From the NCBI RefSeq assembly GCF_006345805.1, contig NW_021831985.1:124001-188000 (forward strand): a stretch of DNA of 64,000 bases, written 5' to 3'. Origin of the DNA: Octopus sinensis (taxonomy: Eukaryota). Below the pieces are notes generated by a model. It saw only the letters and a program-made list of their open reading frames with translations. It searched no databases and had not been told where the DNA came from. Numbering within the stretch: the stretch's first letter is position 1; every line of letters begins with the position of its first letter. The position numbers and the translations under genes were made by a program. Of this stretch, positions 13,451 through 25,981 are shown piece after piece.

Positions 13451-16326
13451 ATATGAAGATCCATACTTTCTATTTGATAGCCACTAGTACATTAGTGATA
13501 AATTATTTTATTGACCTCCTACCCAAGCAATCGGTTGTGTTATAGATAACTTGTCTGAGGTTAGACAATTGAACTATGAATAGTTATGGCATTACAATCA
13601 GACAAGACATCTAACCAAAAACTAACAGTTCCATCAAACATTAACCGAAACACACATTTTTACTCAACTGAAGTCAGGGTTGTAGAAGGACGAGCTTCAT
13701 CAAAGTTTAAAATGCCCAAGCCATACCATATGTCACAACCGGGCCCCTATACAACCCCACCAAGAACTGAAGGCAAACTACGTTGTAGAAACTACAGATT
13801 CCTTTAACAAGTTTTCACAAATTTATAGGAAAAGAAAATAAGATTTTGCAACATCATTTCATTTGTAAATGATGGAAAAATGAATTCAAGTAATTAATAA
13901 ATGCTAATGAATTGTGCTAGCAAGGAATTAACAGTCAGCTCTATTATATATATGGAGTTCATTTGAATGGAACTAATAAATAACTACCAAAATACTCTTC
14001 AAAAATTCTAAAGGAAAAGAAAGATATGTTTACCAATCACTGATGTAATGCATTCAATTGTTTGAAAGTCTCTCTCAATTCCAGTTGCAAAGATTTTTTT
14101 AAAAAAAAGAATGCTAGCTAAGTTGGTGAGGAAGAGGGTTAATTAAAAAATGATAGATGCTTATTGAGAATGGTGTGATAAGGTTAGGATAGCTTCTGGC
14201 ATTTCTGGCAACAACATATTTACGTGAACCCTTCAAAATTGTGGGAAACTCAATCACTTGACTATGTTTTCCCATTCTAAAATTAGTTAAGGGGAAAATA
14301 AAAACAAATTCTTAAGAGAACATTATTATGAACACTAGTACAAAAGTATTATAGTTCTTGCACTCTAAATCGCTGTCATCGTTGTCATCGCCGCCACCAG
14401 CAGCAACAGCAGCCTTTCAAGAATTTGGACCTGGAGATCTCCATTTCCAGCGACTTCGAGGGCCACCTCCCAGTAGTGTCGGGCATCAACGAAGAGCCCT
14501 CGACTACAAGACGACCAAAGTTTTTTTTCACCCCCCAAGCCCTAGACAATCACCTAATCACCCTTACCTGTCTTGTTGCTTAACAACAGCAGCAGCAGTA
14601 GCAGCAAGGTAGCAAGCTTGCAAAATTGTTAGCACATTGGACAAAACGTTTAACAACATTTGTTCTGACTCGTCAGATTACGAGTTCGAATTTCACTGAG
14701 GTCAACTTCACTTCATCCCACCAGGACCAACAAAATAAGGTACCAGTTAAGTACTAGAGTCAAAGTAACTGACTCGCCCCCTCCTCTCAAAATTGCTGGC
14801 TTTGTGCCAAAACTTGAAACTTCCATAGTGGAAGCTTCGTAACAGCTGCAATGCTAAGTGGTGGATTACTGTTCAGATCATGTTTATCTTTTAAACAAAG
14901 AACAAATTCCACTCCACCCGCTTTATGACTTAATAAATAGGTAACATCTGGCTGTAAATGGTTCCCACACATTAGACCCCCAGACATACTAGAATTAGCA
15001 GTTAAATCAAAAGTGAATAATCTTAACATGTTAACTGCCAAAGCCTGTAACTCGAACTTACTAGTGACGCCATGTATTTCTAGTAACACCATATACTATT
15101 TAAATACAAAGAAATGTTAAATTTTTAGCATTTTTGCAATATGCCATAAATAACCTCTAATATTTCGCACTTATGTTATTTAAATATTGTTGAAACCATG
15201 TCAATTATACATATTCCGAAATCATTTCTATGCAGAAAAAGAAAATGTTTGTTAAATATTTACATGTTTTTAAGTTACCAAACAATTTGTTGTGATATTA
15301 GAATTTTCAGTGTTAAATAAAATTCCATCAACCTATTTCTCTGTCATTTATGATTTTATATATATCATATAACTGAAGTACAACAAAACCGACTTTCTAT
15401 AAAAATAGATCTCATGACCTGAATCTGACATACCCAAATTGGTCACGGCTATGTACAATGTTATTTCCACACTTGACTGAAATCTAAACAATAACACAAT
15501 TCCTATTTCAAACTAAACAAAATCTTTCAACAATATCCTATCAACTCGCAGCCTACAAACATGCTTTCCTCTTGTCCTCTTCTATCCCCTTTCCTATACA
15601 TCTACTCCTTAGACGTACATGTATACAAGTCTAATTATCATTTTACACAGCTTCACACACCCCAGAAAAACAGCTTGCCAAACACTATATAATAACTTGA
15701 CATAAAAATATATATATATATATATATATACGTATATATATACATATATACGCACATGCACACACACCTCTTTTTGCCTTCATCAGACAGTCAAAAAAAC
15801 AAAAAGGCAACTAGGCTGAAACTTTCAAGTTAATGTCAACCTTTTCTATGTAAAAAAACGAAATATGATAGCCAACAGAAGTATATTGAGTGACATTCCA
15901 ATTAACGTTCGATTGTACTTTTGTAACCATACGTAAAAACAAGCATTGATATATGTCTGTGAGTGTGTATATGTGGCTGTGTTTGGGTTTATAAACGTGA
16001 GGTAAAAAAAATTCAACATCTGTATAGAATCAGGCTTTATTTATTTGAAGCTCTAGCTTCTCCTCCATGAAAACAATGGAAACAATAAACTTATGCAGCA
16101 GTGGAGGGAAGCCTCAACTAAAAAGAGAATATATATATACATTTATATATATATATATACATACATACATACATACATACATGCATGTATGTATGTTGAC
16201 TTTTTAGTTAAGCCCGCCTCTATATAGGGTGATCATTATATATATATATATATATACAAATATATTTCTATTTTGGATTTGGTTTGCAAGATTCTTTATG
16301 TGAGTTCGTGTGTCAAAGCATATTCA

Positions 16327-16598
16327 GTTGTGTCTAGGGAGAGTCATTCTCTTTTTGTGCCTTATAATTTAACACACTCACTGGTAAAATTTCTACTCAT
16401 TTACTTATTTATTTTTCTAAAATTTTTGTTGTGTCTTGCAACCCTTTCAGTAGTTGTTGACTGTCAACAACTATTGAAAAGGTTGCAAGATGCAAAGAAA
16501 ATTTTAGAAAAATAAATAAGTAAATGAGTGGAAATTTTACCAGTGAGTGTGTTAAATTATAAGGCACTAAAAGAGAATGACTCCCCCCCAAACACAAC
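16327..16598. repeat. Imperfect palindrome (fold-back), arms about 125-135 bp, centred at 16462
   Basis: GAGTCATTCTCTTTT...TTGAC-T-GTCAA...AAAAGAGAATGACTC; position 16341 pairs with 16583. Confidence 0.85.
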
Positions 16599-16733
16599 AA
16601 TATAGATATATACATATATAAATACATATATATACATATATAAAGACCAACTCTGCTAAATATTTATATAAATATACAAATATTCATATCTTAAGTTCTA
16701 TTTTTCCTGTTTGCATCACCATACCTGTGAGTA

Positions 16734-16784
<51 letters not shown>

Positions 16785-16884
16785 TAGACTAAGAGCAAAT
16801 GCAGTTACAAGATGAACATATACCATAACAAGTTCACAACAGATCTGCAAATGGAACAACTACTGCCATCACAATAGAAGGACT

Positions 16885-16939
16885 TCATGTGAGAGTGTGA
16901 TGTTGTGGGTCGGAGCAAAACAGAACAGGAGAAAGATGA
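16885..16939 (-). CDS. Candidate terminal coding exon of the TIF1-like gene (..C HLSPVLFCSDPQHHTLT*)
   Basis: A 76-nt intron (17015-16940) with GTAAGT donor and T-rich tract ending CCTAG. The phase fits the upstream TG|. Other acceptors are equally possible (see findings). Confidence 0.35.
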
Positions 16940-17015
16940 CTAGGTAGACATAGACACAAAAAAAAAATTTTTTTTCTTCTTGTTTTTTTTTCTTTTTGTT
17001 TTTAAATTTACTTAC

Positions 17016-17340
17016 CAATCAGAACTTGCAGGTCTTGGTGGCGGTGTGCCGTTCTTTGCCATGTCTGGCCAACTGTGTGAACTCATGTCGGAATGAGAAC
17101 CTGGCGACATATCTACGTTGCTAGTTTGGGGACTGCGCTGTAGCATGTGCTGAATCTGACCTCGAAGGGCATTGAGTGGTGTTTTCTCAACAAGGTTCTC
17201 GGGGGTTTTAATACGACTTAACGCAGCAGTCCAACCTTTGGAGTAGAGAAGAAAATATTCCGCATGAGAAATACGATCAGAGATAAGCTCAAAATGTAAG
17301 CACACAGGTATATTATATGACAGCTGAGGATGGTAGTTTC
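17016..17340 (-). CDS. TRIM33: TIF1/TRIM33-like gene, 325-nt internal exon (NYHPQLSYNIPVCLHFELISDRISHAEYF...RPASSD)
   Basis: Acceptor ataacag|GA is phase 1 and matches the upstream exon ending GTA G|. The frame is open for 107 codons and ends at a strong donor TG|GTAAGT. Confidence 0.75.
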
Positions 17341-19329
17341 CTGTTATGTAACATATTTTGTGGCTCATTGTTCTTTTTGTTGTCACACTCTTTTGATTGA
17401 TCTCATTCTAATTGCAGCAATTTTCATTGAGTTTTATGTGCAAAGTATACACAGGTATTATAATTTACTTGCAGTAAGTACCAGTTTTCTATGTGGGTAT
17501 TTAGGAAGATTTAATAACAGACATGAAGTATAAATGTATACACATGATAAATATACAAACGAGAGTGTTACCCATCATATGACAAGTAACTTTGGAAGTA
17601 TACTTTTGTGACCACAGATAACATCAGGAAATATAACCTACATACAATAATTATTATTTAGTTGATAGCATTTTCCTTGGTGTTTATACAAAATGTTAAA
17701 ATGAATACTAATTTTCACCAGAAAAGTATTTATTGCCTTAAAATGAAATTAAGTAAAACAAAGGTGCAGACATGGCTATTAGGCACAGCTACTAGGAACA
17801 GGCATGGGTGTGTATCTGTGAAGCATGTGGTTTCAGGTTCAGTCCCACTATGTGGTACTTGGCTCTAGGTCAACCGAAACCTTGCTCTGCAAATTTGGGA
17901 GATGGAAACTGAAAGAAGCCCACTGAATATGTGTGGGGGGTGGGGAGAGAGACTTTGTTTTGGCATTACATGATGGCTGTAAATGTGTGCCACTGTCATA
18001 CAAGAGTTATTCATTTCCAGTCTCCTGTGGAAATTGTGCCTGGCCACAGGAAACCTTGCTTGGAAACAAGAGAGGTTTGAGAGAAGACATCTAACTATAG
18101 AAAATCTACCTCAATAAATTCCATCTGACCCGTATGTAAGTATAGAAAAGTCATAGTGTCTGTGATATACATCCATTAGTGGCTGAGTGGATAAGATGAC
18201 AATGTTTTTCTTTGTTTGTTCCCTTCATCAGAGACGAGGGTGCTAGATTCCCTTGTTCGAAAATAGAAGAACACAGATTGTGTTGTATAGCCAGTTGGAG
18301 ACGATGTCTCCTGGGGCTAAATTACAGCAACATTAGTCCTAAACCAGGACTGCTATGTTATGCTAGCGAACAATCTTTACTAAAAAGGCAATGTACTTTA
18401 ACAGACATATGGTAATAAAAGGCTTAAGGTGGCAAACTGACAGAACCATTAGCACGCCAGGCAAAATGCTAAACAGCATTTCATCTGTTTCTTATGTTCT
18501 AAGTTCAAATTCTGCCTAGGTCGACTTTGCCTTTCATCCTTTCAGGGTCGATAATCGACTTAATCCACCTTTCAGTTTCCGTCTGCCAAATCCACTCACA
18601 AGGCTTTGGTCGGCCCGAGGCTATAGTAGAAGACACTTACCCAAGGTGCCACGCAGTGTGACTGAACCCAGAACCATGTGGTTGGTAAACAAGCTACTTA
18701 CCACAGGCATGGATATGTGGTTAAGAAGTCTGCTTCCCAACCACAGAGTTTCAGTGTGGTATCTTGGGCAAGTCTCTTCAACTATAACCCCAGTTCAACC
18801 AATACATTGTGAGTGGATTTAGAAGAAAGAAACTGAAATAAGCCATGCATACATGTATATATGTATGTATATGTGTCTGTATAGACAGACATTTATGTGT
18901 GCTAGTGTTTACCTCGTCTTGACATTGCATGATAGTCGTAAATGAGTATCACTGTTATACAAGCAGTGTCACTTATTTCCAATATTCAGCAAGAACATGT
19001 CTGATCATGGAGAAAGATTACCTTGCTTGAAAGCAGGTGAGGCTTGGCAACTGGAAGAGCATCCAGCTATTGAAAAATCTGAGCTGAAAAACTTCCAACA
19101 CCATCCGATTCATACAAGCACGGAAAAGTGGACATTATAACAAAGATGACGATGATAGCACATAAAAAAAAACTATATTTCAGAACAAGTTCATCTCTTT
19201 TTAAAGACAGAAAGGTGCTATTTGAGGTGAAAAATTTTGCTGCCATTTCATACAGGTCAAGTAACTATAGAGGGACTTTCTCACTCAAGATACACTATTA
19301 CAATTAACAAAGCAGCATAAGATGAAGTG

Positions 19330-19635
19330 TGGAGGCGCAATGGCCCAGCGGTTAGGGTAGCGGGCTCGCGGTCGGAGGATCGCGGTTTCGATTCCTAGAC
19401 TGGGTGTTGTGTGTTTATTGAGCGAAAACACCTAAAAAGCTCCACAAGGCTCCAGCAGGGGGTGGTGGTGACCCCTGTTGTACTCTTTCACCATAACTTT
19501 CTTTCATTCTCTCTTCCTGTTCCTTGAGTAATGCTGCGATGGACTGGAATCCCGTCCAGCTGGGGGGAACACATACGCCACAGAAACCGAGAAACCGGGC
19601 CCATGAGCCTGGCTAGGCTTGAAAAGGGCAACGTT
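19330..19635 (+). mobile_element. Full-length tRNA-derived SINE (tRNA-Arg-like head) with intact TSD
   Basis: Head GGCGCAATGGCCCAGCGGTTAGGG...GGTTTCGATTCC. Flanked by an exact 13-bp duplication ATAAGATGAAGTG (19317-19329, 19636-19648). Confidence 0.85.
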
Positions 19636-19669
19636 ATAAGATGAAGTGACAGAAAATTTGTCATGCAAT

Positions 19670-19728
19670 GAGTAATATGGTGTCCGAAATCTTATATAAA
19701 ATATAAGATTTCGGACACCATATTACTC
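19670..19728. repeat. Perfect 28-bp-arm palindrome with 3-nt loop
   Basis: GAGTAATATGGTGTCCGAAATCTTATAT-AAA-ATATAAGATTTCGGACACCATATTACTC. Confidence 0.95.
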
Positions 19729-20584
19729 CTTGTATTTTCAGCTTCAAATTTTGGCTAACATCTAATTTATTACATTAAAATCTTTGCAGTTAATTCTCAA
19801 GTCAAACTTGTCTAGATCCTGGTAAAACTAACTATATGGCTGCCAATCATACTATTCATAACTTGCCAGACTTATCAACAATCAAGAGAAAACCAGCCCT
19901 ATAGCTGGCTACCATGATATTCTTAAATTGCCAGACTTGGCTACAATCTTGATGTCTCTAGCCCTAGAGCTGACTACCATGCAATTCAGTTTACCAACAT
20001 GAAATGAGATTACAGTCGTCTGACACTGCCGATTGATTTAGGAAATAACACTTTACTTAATGGGAGCACAAATGATTCAAATTAATTAAGTCAACCATCA
20101 GAGAGATTAATAGTATGTGCAAGAACTATTGCACTTTGAGGGCTAATAGTAAAAACATTACCAATAATTTAAAGAGTTATATCAAATTTTCATCATCATC
20201 ATCATAATCAGTTAAAAATCCATGTTCCATGTTGGCATGGAATGGATGGTTTTTTTTTCCAAATCCAATGGGTCCAAGAACTACATCATGCCCCAGTATC
20301 TGCTTTGGCACAGTTTCTACTGCTGGATGCCCTTCCTAATACCAACCACTTTACAGTGTGCGTTGAATGCTTTTCTCTTGCCACTGGCACGAGTGAGGAC
20401 ATCATGTAGCTCGCAAGAGCATGAAACCCAAGGTATGGGGGCTTTATATTAGGAGACTAAGCTTAGGGTATGAGAGAAAGGGCTGGAGCAGAGCAGGTTC
20501 TTGCTACATGGCTACACACATTTAAGAGTAAGAAATGAATCCATAGTAGCTGCAAAGAGATAAATAGTTGCAATAACATGGCAT

Positions 20585-20986
20585 GGTCATTCTGTCCCTG
20601 CGTCTGTGGAGACTCCGCAGCAAACAGGGCATCCCATCACTCAGGATATGCATGCAGGATGTCAGGGACCGCTTGTGAATTCACTACCCTAAAGTTCAAT
20701 CCCTCCTCAAAGCTGTAGGGTGGTGTAAATGGGCAGTGTCAGAGCTATGCTGTCGGGAACTTCGGTTCCTGGTATGACCACCCAAGGCGAATTGGTCTGG
20801 CACCGAGCGGTATTAGAGTCGTGGCCTGGCCAACGGGGCTCTGGTGAAAATTCCAAGAGGCATCTGATCGGCAACCGGTGGCTCCGAGGTCGTTCTGTCC
20901 CTGCATCTGTGGAGACTCCGCGGCAAACAGGGCGTCCCGTCACTCGGGATATGCATGCGGGATGTCAGGGACCACTTGTGAATTCA
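20585..20986. repeat. 99-bp direct repeat pair (20585-20683, 20888-20986) in a GC-rich, probably TE-derived segment
   Basis: The copies align without gaps and differ at 8 positions, all CG versus CA. Confidence 0.9.
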
Positions 20987-21197
20987 ATATTCCCACGAAA
21001 CTTCTTCTATTGATGCTCTCAGGACCAGAGAAGAAGCCGGCTCAACCCGCCCTGGGTGAATGCCATCACAAGTATAAGTAAGAGAGGATGGACAGAGAAA
21101 CTAGAAATGTAAGGAAGGGGGATTGCAAGGGAGAAAAAAGCCATGTTATGCAGGTTTCAAATAAGACAAGGTAAAAAAAACCTTCACCGATGCTAAC

Positions 21198-21343
21198 CTA
21201 CAAGTGACCCATTGAACGAAGTTCTTGAATCGGAATTGTCACCGGGGGCAGATTTCTGTTGCGCATTGCTGGGATAGAGAGGTGGCGGAGGTCGATGTGG
21301 ATGTTGTTGCACTAAAGGTCGGTGCATCACAGTGGAACTCTGT

Positions 21344-21375
<32 letters not shown>

Positions 21376-21529
21376 CTGTTGAGAGGAGAGGGACTGTGAC
21401 TGCTGTTGTGGTGGTGGCGGGGGCGGAGGTGGTGGGGGCTGAGGTTGCTGCTGCTGTTGCTGCTGTTGTTGCTGCTGCTGTATCTGATGTTGGATGTGAG
21501 ATTGTTGTAACTGGGCCAAAGTCAAAAAC
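21198..21529 (-). CDS. TRIM33: TIF1/TRIM33-like gene, 332-nt internal exon (polyQ/polyP)
   Basis: Acceptor tttatcttcag|G is phase 2. It reads FLTLAQLQQ..Q12-PQ-P10..Q14..RTSFNGSLV. The donor AG|GTTAG is phase 1 and fits the 17340 exon. Confidence 0.85.
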
Positions 21530-21664
21530 CTGAAGATAAACAAAAAAAACACAAAAAAAAATTACATTTTCATTTATTACATGTAAGCTAATTGGATTTT
21601 TTCTTTCTTAAAAATGAATGAGAGTGAATTAAATAAATATATATACATACATACATATAGATAT

Positions 21665-21706
<42 letters not shown>

Positions 21707-22437
21707 TTGTATAATCAAATTAGAGCAAAAGGAAAGTTTCAATATTGATAAATTTCACCAAAAACTTCAAAAGCAAATAGATTTTAAAATAAATCCAAAA
21801 CCAACAACTTTTACACACACACACCCCTATTTTGAATTTTTTTTTTTTTTTAGGCATTTCTTTACAGTATTTTTAAATATGTGAATTGGAGATGATATAA
21901 AAACATTATCATTAAGAGTGGTATTGAACGAGACGAAAATTTATTTATATTTTAAAAATGAAATTTCAAAAAAAAAAAAAAAAAAATTGAAGTTCTATAT
22001 CTTCTGCATGAAAAATATATTTAAATAACAAAAAAAAAAAAACATGCTCAGAAACAGAATTTTTACAATGATATAAATAATAAAAACAACAAGTACAATA
22101 ATAATGATAATAAAACTAAGATAACATCAATGCTTCTATTATTAGTAGCAATAGTAGTAGTAGTAGTAGTAGCTGTGACAGCAATCATTCTGACAGACGT
22201 CAACTTTCCCACAAGTGTTCATTCATATATATGCACATGTACATACATACATATACTAACATGTATACATGTATATGCATATACATATATGCATTTGTAC
22301 ACACATGTATGTACAGGTATAGATGCATATATACATGTGTGCATATATATGTGTACATATACATACATATACTTATGCATATATATTTATATATGTATAC
22401 ATAAATATATATGCATGTGTATACATAAGTACATATG

Positions 22438-22470
<33 letters not shown>

Positions 22471-22809
22471 CATCATCATCATCGTTACACACACACATAC
22501 AAATACAAACATACACACAAATACATAAGGAGTACAATTTTTTCAGTTATTGCCAATATAGTCAAAACACCATTGCTTTCCAACAGGAATGGTTACACAC
22601 GGCAAAAGAGATTTACCCTTGAAAATTGTACACAAGTCAATAAATATATTTGAGCAATTAAACATTCTGATGAAATAAAATTCGCTATTTTTTTGTTTCC
22701 ATGTATGTCAGAAAATTTTTAATGAAGTCATAACTAATTATCGATCTATTTTGATATTAACAAATTTTATTGAAAGAATAACATGTGAACAAATATTGAA
22801 GTTTTTGTC

Positions 22810-23080
22810 ACTTCCGTATGTTCTACAATTTCTATAAAGGCCTCCCTCCATTCCTAGGAACCCGCTAGGTGCATACCTTCTGTAGCAGGTCATTCCTAAA
22901 TCCACTTGTTCTTCCTTCTCTTCTCACCCTTATCGAGTCCTATGACCCAGCTCTTAACTTATTCTTGACCCAGCCATTTCTTGACAGAATCTTGGCCCTC
23001 TTGGAATTCATTGCCTACTCAGACCTCTCTTGTAGGAACTGACTTCCAAACGTTATTTCAGGAGCAGTAACATTAATTCT
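22810..23080 (+). mobile_element. Degenerate L2/CR1-group LINE 3' fragment
   Basis: TGGAATTCATTGCCT (WNSLP) in a context resembling the RT C-terminal region. A similar WNSLP remnant lies on the minus strand near 35520-35600. Confidence 0.5.
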
Positions 23081-24199
23081 TTTGATACCAACCTGCCTGA
23101 GACTACCTCTGGTTCTATGATACACAATTTGTTTCAACCCTTTAGCATTCAGATTATTCTGTCAAATGTAATGCTTTTATATTGCTTTGAATTAATCATG
23201 CATTCTCTCATAGTTTTGATTATGTGATTGGTTATTTTTAGAATGTCATCGTAGGTTAGGCGGGAGAGGCTAGATACTCTCTTTTACTTTTGTTTCAGTC
23301 ATTTAACTGTGGCCATGCTGGAGCACCGCCTTTAGTTGAGCAAATCGACCCCAGGAATTATTCTTTGCAAGCGTAGTACTTATTCTATCAGTCTCTTTTG
23401 CCGAACTGCTAAGTTACGGGGATGTAAGCACACCAGCATCGGTTATCAAGCAATGTGGGGGGGGGGACAAACACACGCACACATCTATATAGATACATAT
23501 TTTGGGCTTCTTTCAGTTTCTGTCTACCAAATCCACTCACAAGGTTTTGGTCGGCCTGAGGCTATAGTAGAAGACAATTGCCCAAGATGCCACGCAGTGG
23601 AACTAAACCCAGAACCATGTGGCTCGTAAGCAAGCTACTTACTACACTCCTGTGCCTATACAGCCAGTTTGAATATAAAAAAATGTGGAATATTTGGTCT
23701 AGATATGGCTGCTTAAAATACTCAAGGGTTAAAATGACCAGAATTAAAACATTCCATCAAAATTTCATCTTATGCTCACGATACAAGCTTAATAATAACA
23801 GTTATTTTACTAAATTCTCCATTATTTAAAAAATTTATTGAACTAAGGTAGGTTAGGCATTTCAAGAGAAATATAGAAACAGAGGAGTTTAATGACAGCA
23901 ATCTTGCCATTCTGAGTGAACAGGTAATGGCCATGGGCACTATCCCTTTCTCACCAGAACCAAAAGCAGAAAAAGTTATTATAGAAATCTTATCAGATGT
24001 CTGTTGTGAATTAGAGACACCACTGAGCAGGCCTATGATCAAAGGCTTTTCTGCTGTGACCACACTATACTAGATGTATGAAGAAAGAATCCAGGATCAC
24101 CATATCCAAAGTATCATTTCTAGTGGGGGAAAGTATCATAAGCCTAGATTGGGCATGGCGAAAGACTGTCTTCGTACAAGGGAACAGTGCATGCACTAG

Positions 24200-24670
24200 A
24201 TCATCATCGTCGTTGTTTAACGTCCGCTTTCCATGCTAGCATGGGTTGGATGATTTGACTGAGGACTGGCGAACCCGATGGCTGCACCAGGCTCAAATCT
24301 TGATCTGGCAGTTTCTACAGCTGGATGTCCTTCCTAACACCAACCACTTTGAGAGTGTAGTGGGCACTTTTACGTGCCACCGGCATGAGGGCCAGTCAGG
24401 CAGTACTGGCAATGACCATGCTCAAATGGTGTTTTTTATGTGCCACCTGCACAGGAGCCAGTCCAGCAGCACCGGCAACAACCTCGCTCGAATGTTTTTT
24501 CATGTGCCACCAGCACAAGGGCCAGTAAGGCGACGCTGGTAATGATCACACTCAAATGGTGATTTTTACATGCCACTGGCACAGAAGCCAGTTAGCTGCT
24601 CTGGCAAGGATCATGCTCGGATGGTGCTCTTAGCGCTCCTATCACGCTCGGATGGTGCTCTTAGCACTCA
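24200..24670 (-). mobile_element. RTE-tail element with internal tandem subrepeats (GTGCCACC..GGCAC motif)
   Basis: (CAT)n tail at about 24200 and repeated TTTTACGTGCCACC units. Related copies lie at 48805-49196, 53000-53240 and 55230-55597. Confidence 0.65.
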
Positions 24671-25574
24671 AAAAACACAAAAAAAAAAAAACAGAGCAAC
24701 GGTCCTTCCTAAGCCAAAGGCTCATATGGTCAATCACTTAGATAGATGCCTGTCCATCGCAGGATAATTCATTTTTGTCAACTGAGTGGATCTGAGCAAT
24801 ATGAAATGAAAGGTCTTACTCAAGAACATAATGCATCGCTTGGTCCAGAAAACAAAACCACGATTTTGTAATCATGATGCTAACACCCTAACCACTAAGC
24901 CAGGGGTCAGAGAACTTTCTTAACCAATTACTTAAAAATATAATTATTTACACCAACTTGAAAAAAGAAGAAAATCATAGATTCTTTGGATTCAAAAGGT
25001 TTACTGAATTTATTTATATGGAGAATACAATTGTAAATATAAAATGTATAAAACAAATGCGATAAAATAAATTAATATCATTATGAAATGTAAAGATTTT
25101 TCTAGAATCTTTTCCATTTCAACTTTTGGAGAAACGATGTTTGTTTTCATTTTTGTTATAATTACATCTAAATTGGGACATTTTGATGCCAAAGCAATAT
25201 GATAGACTTCTGTGTCCAATCGATTTCTCTGTTATGTTCATTAGAGTGGAAAACCCTTGTTTGCAAAGGTAGGTTGTGGCAAAAGGCAGCAACTTTTTGA
25301 CTGCATCCTCATGCCAGAAGAAAAATTTCTGTCGTAACAAGGAAAACTGTTTTTGTATAATTTTACTTATGTCTTATGAATCCTCATTTTCCCCAAGAAT
25401 TTCATTTTTACCCCACTTAATAATATATATTCTGGTTCGCCAACCCCTGCACTAAGCCATGCATATCCACATAGACTATATGTGAGTGTGTGTCTAGACA
25501 TACATATATATATATACATACATATCCGTGCTAGCGCGGAGAACGGACGTTAAACGATGATGATGATGATGATG

Positions 25575-25607
<33 letters not shown>

Positions 25608-25795
25608 CAACTAAAGCTTTTTTTAGTCTCTATTTTCTTGTGTTCCTTTCTGTTGAAGAGCGTAGGCTTGAAACATAAAAGACTTTCTCACCTTCCCAAG
25701 CGTTAAACAAATACACCTGTTTGTTGCTTATACCCCTGCCTTCGTTGTTTTTTTTGTAAATTCCAACTATATGTATATACACACACACACACGTG

Positions 25796-25834
<39 letters not shown>

Positions 25835-25932
25835 GTATATACATATATATATGATTGATTGATTCTAGTTTCAGCTTATGAGCTGTGGCCATGCTGGGGC
25901 ACCGCCATATACATACACACACACACACACAC

Positions 25933-25981
<49 letters not shown>

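Noticed and set aside
19330-19400. tRNA gene
   Set aside because: The tRNA-like head has no acceptor-stem pairing, runs into a SINE body and is flanked by a 13-bp TSD.
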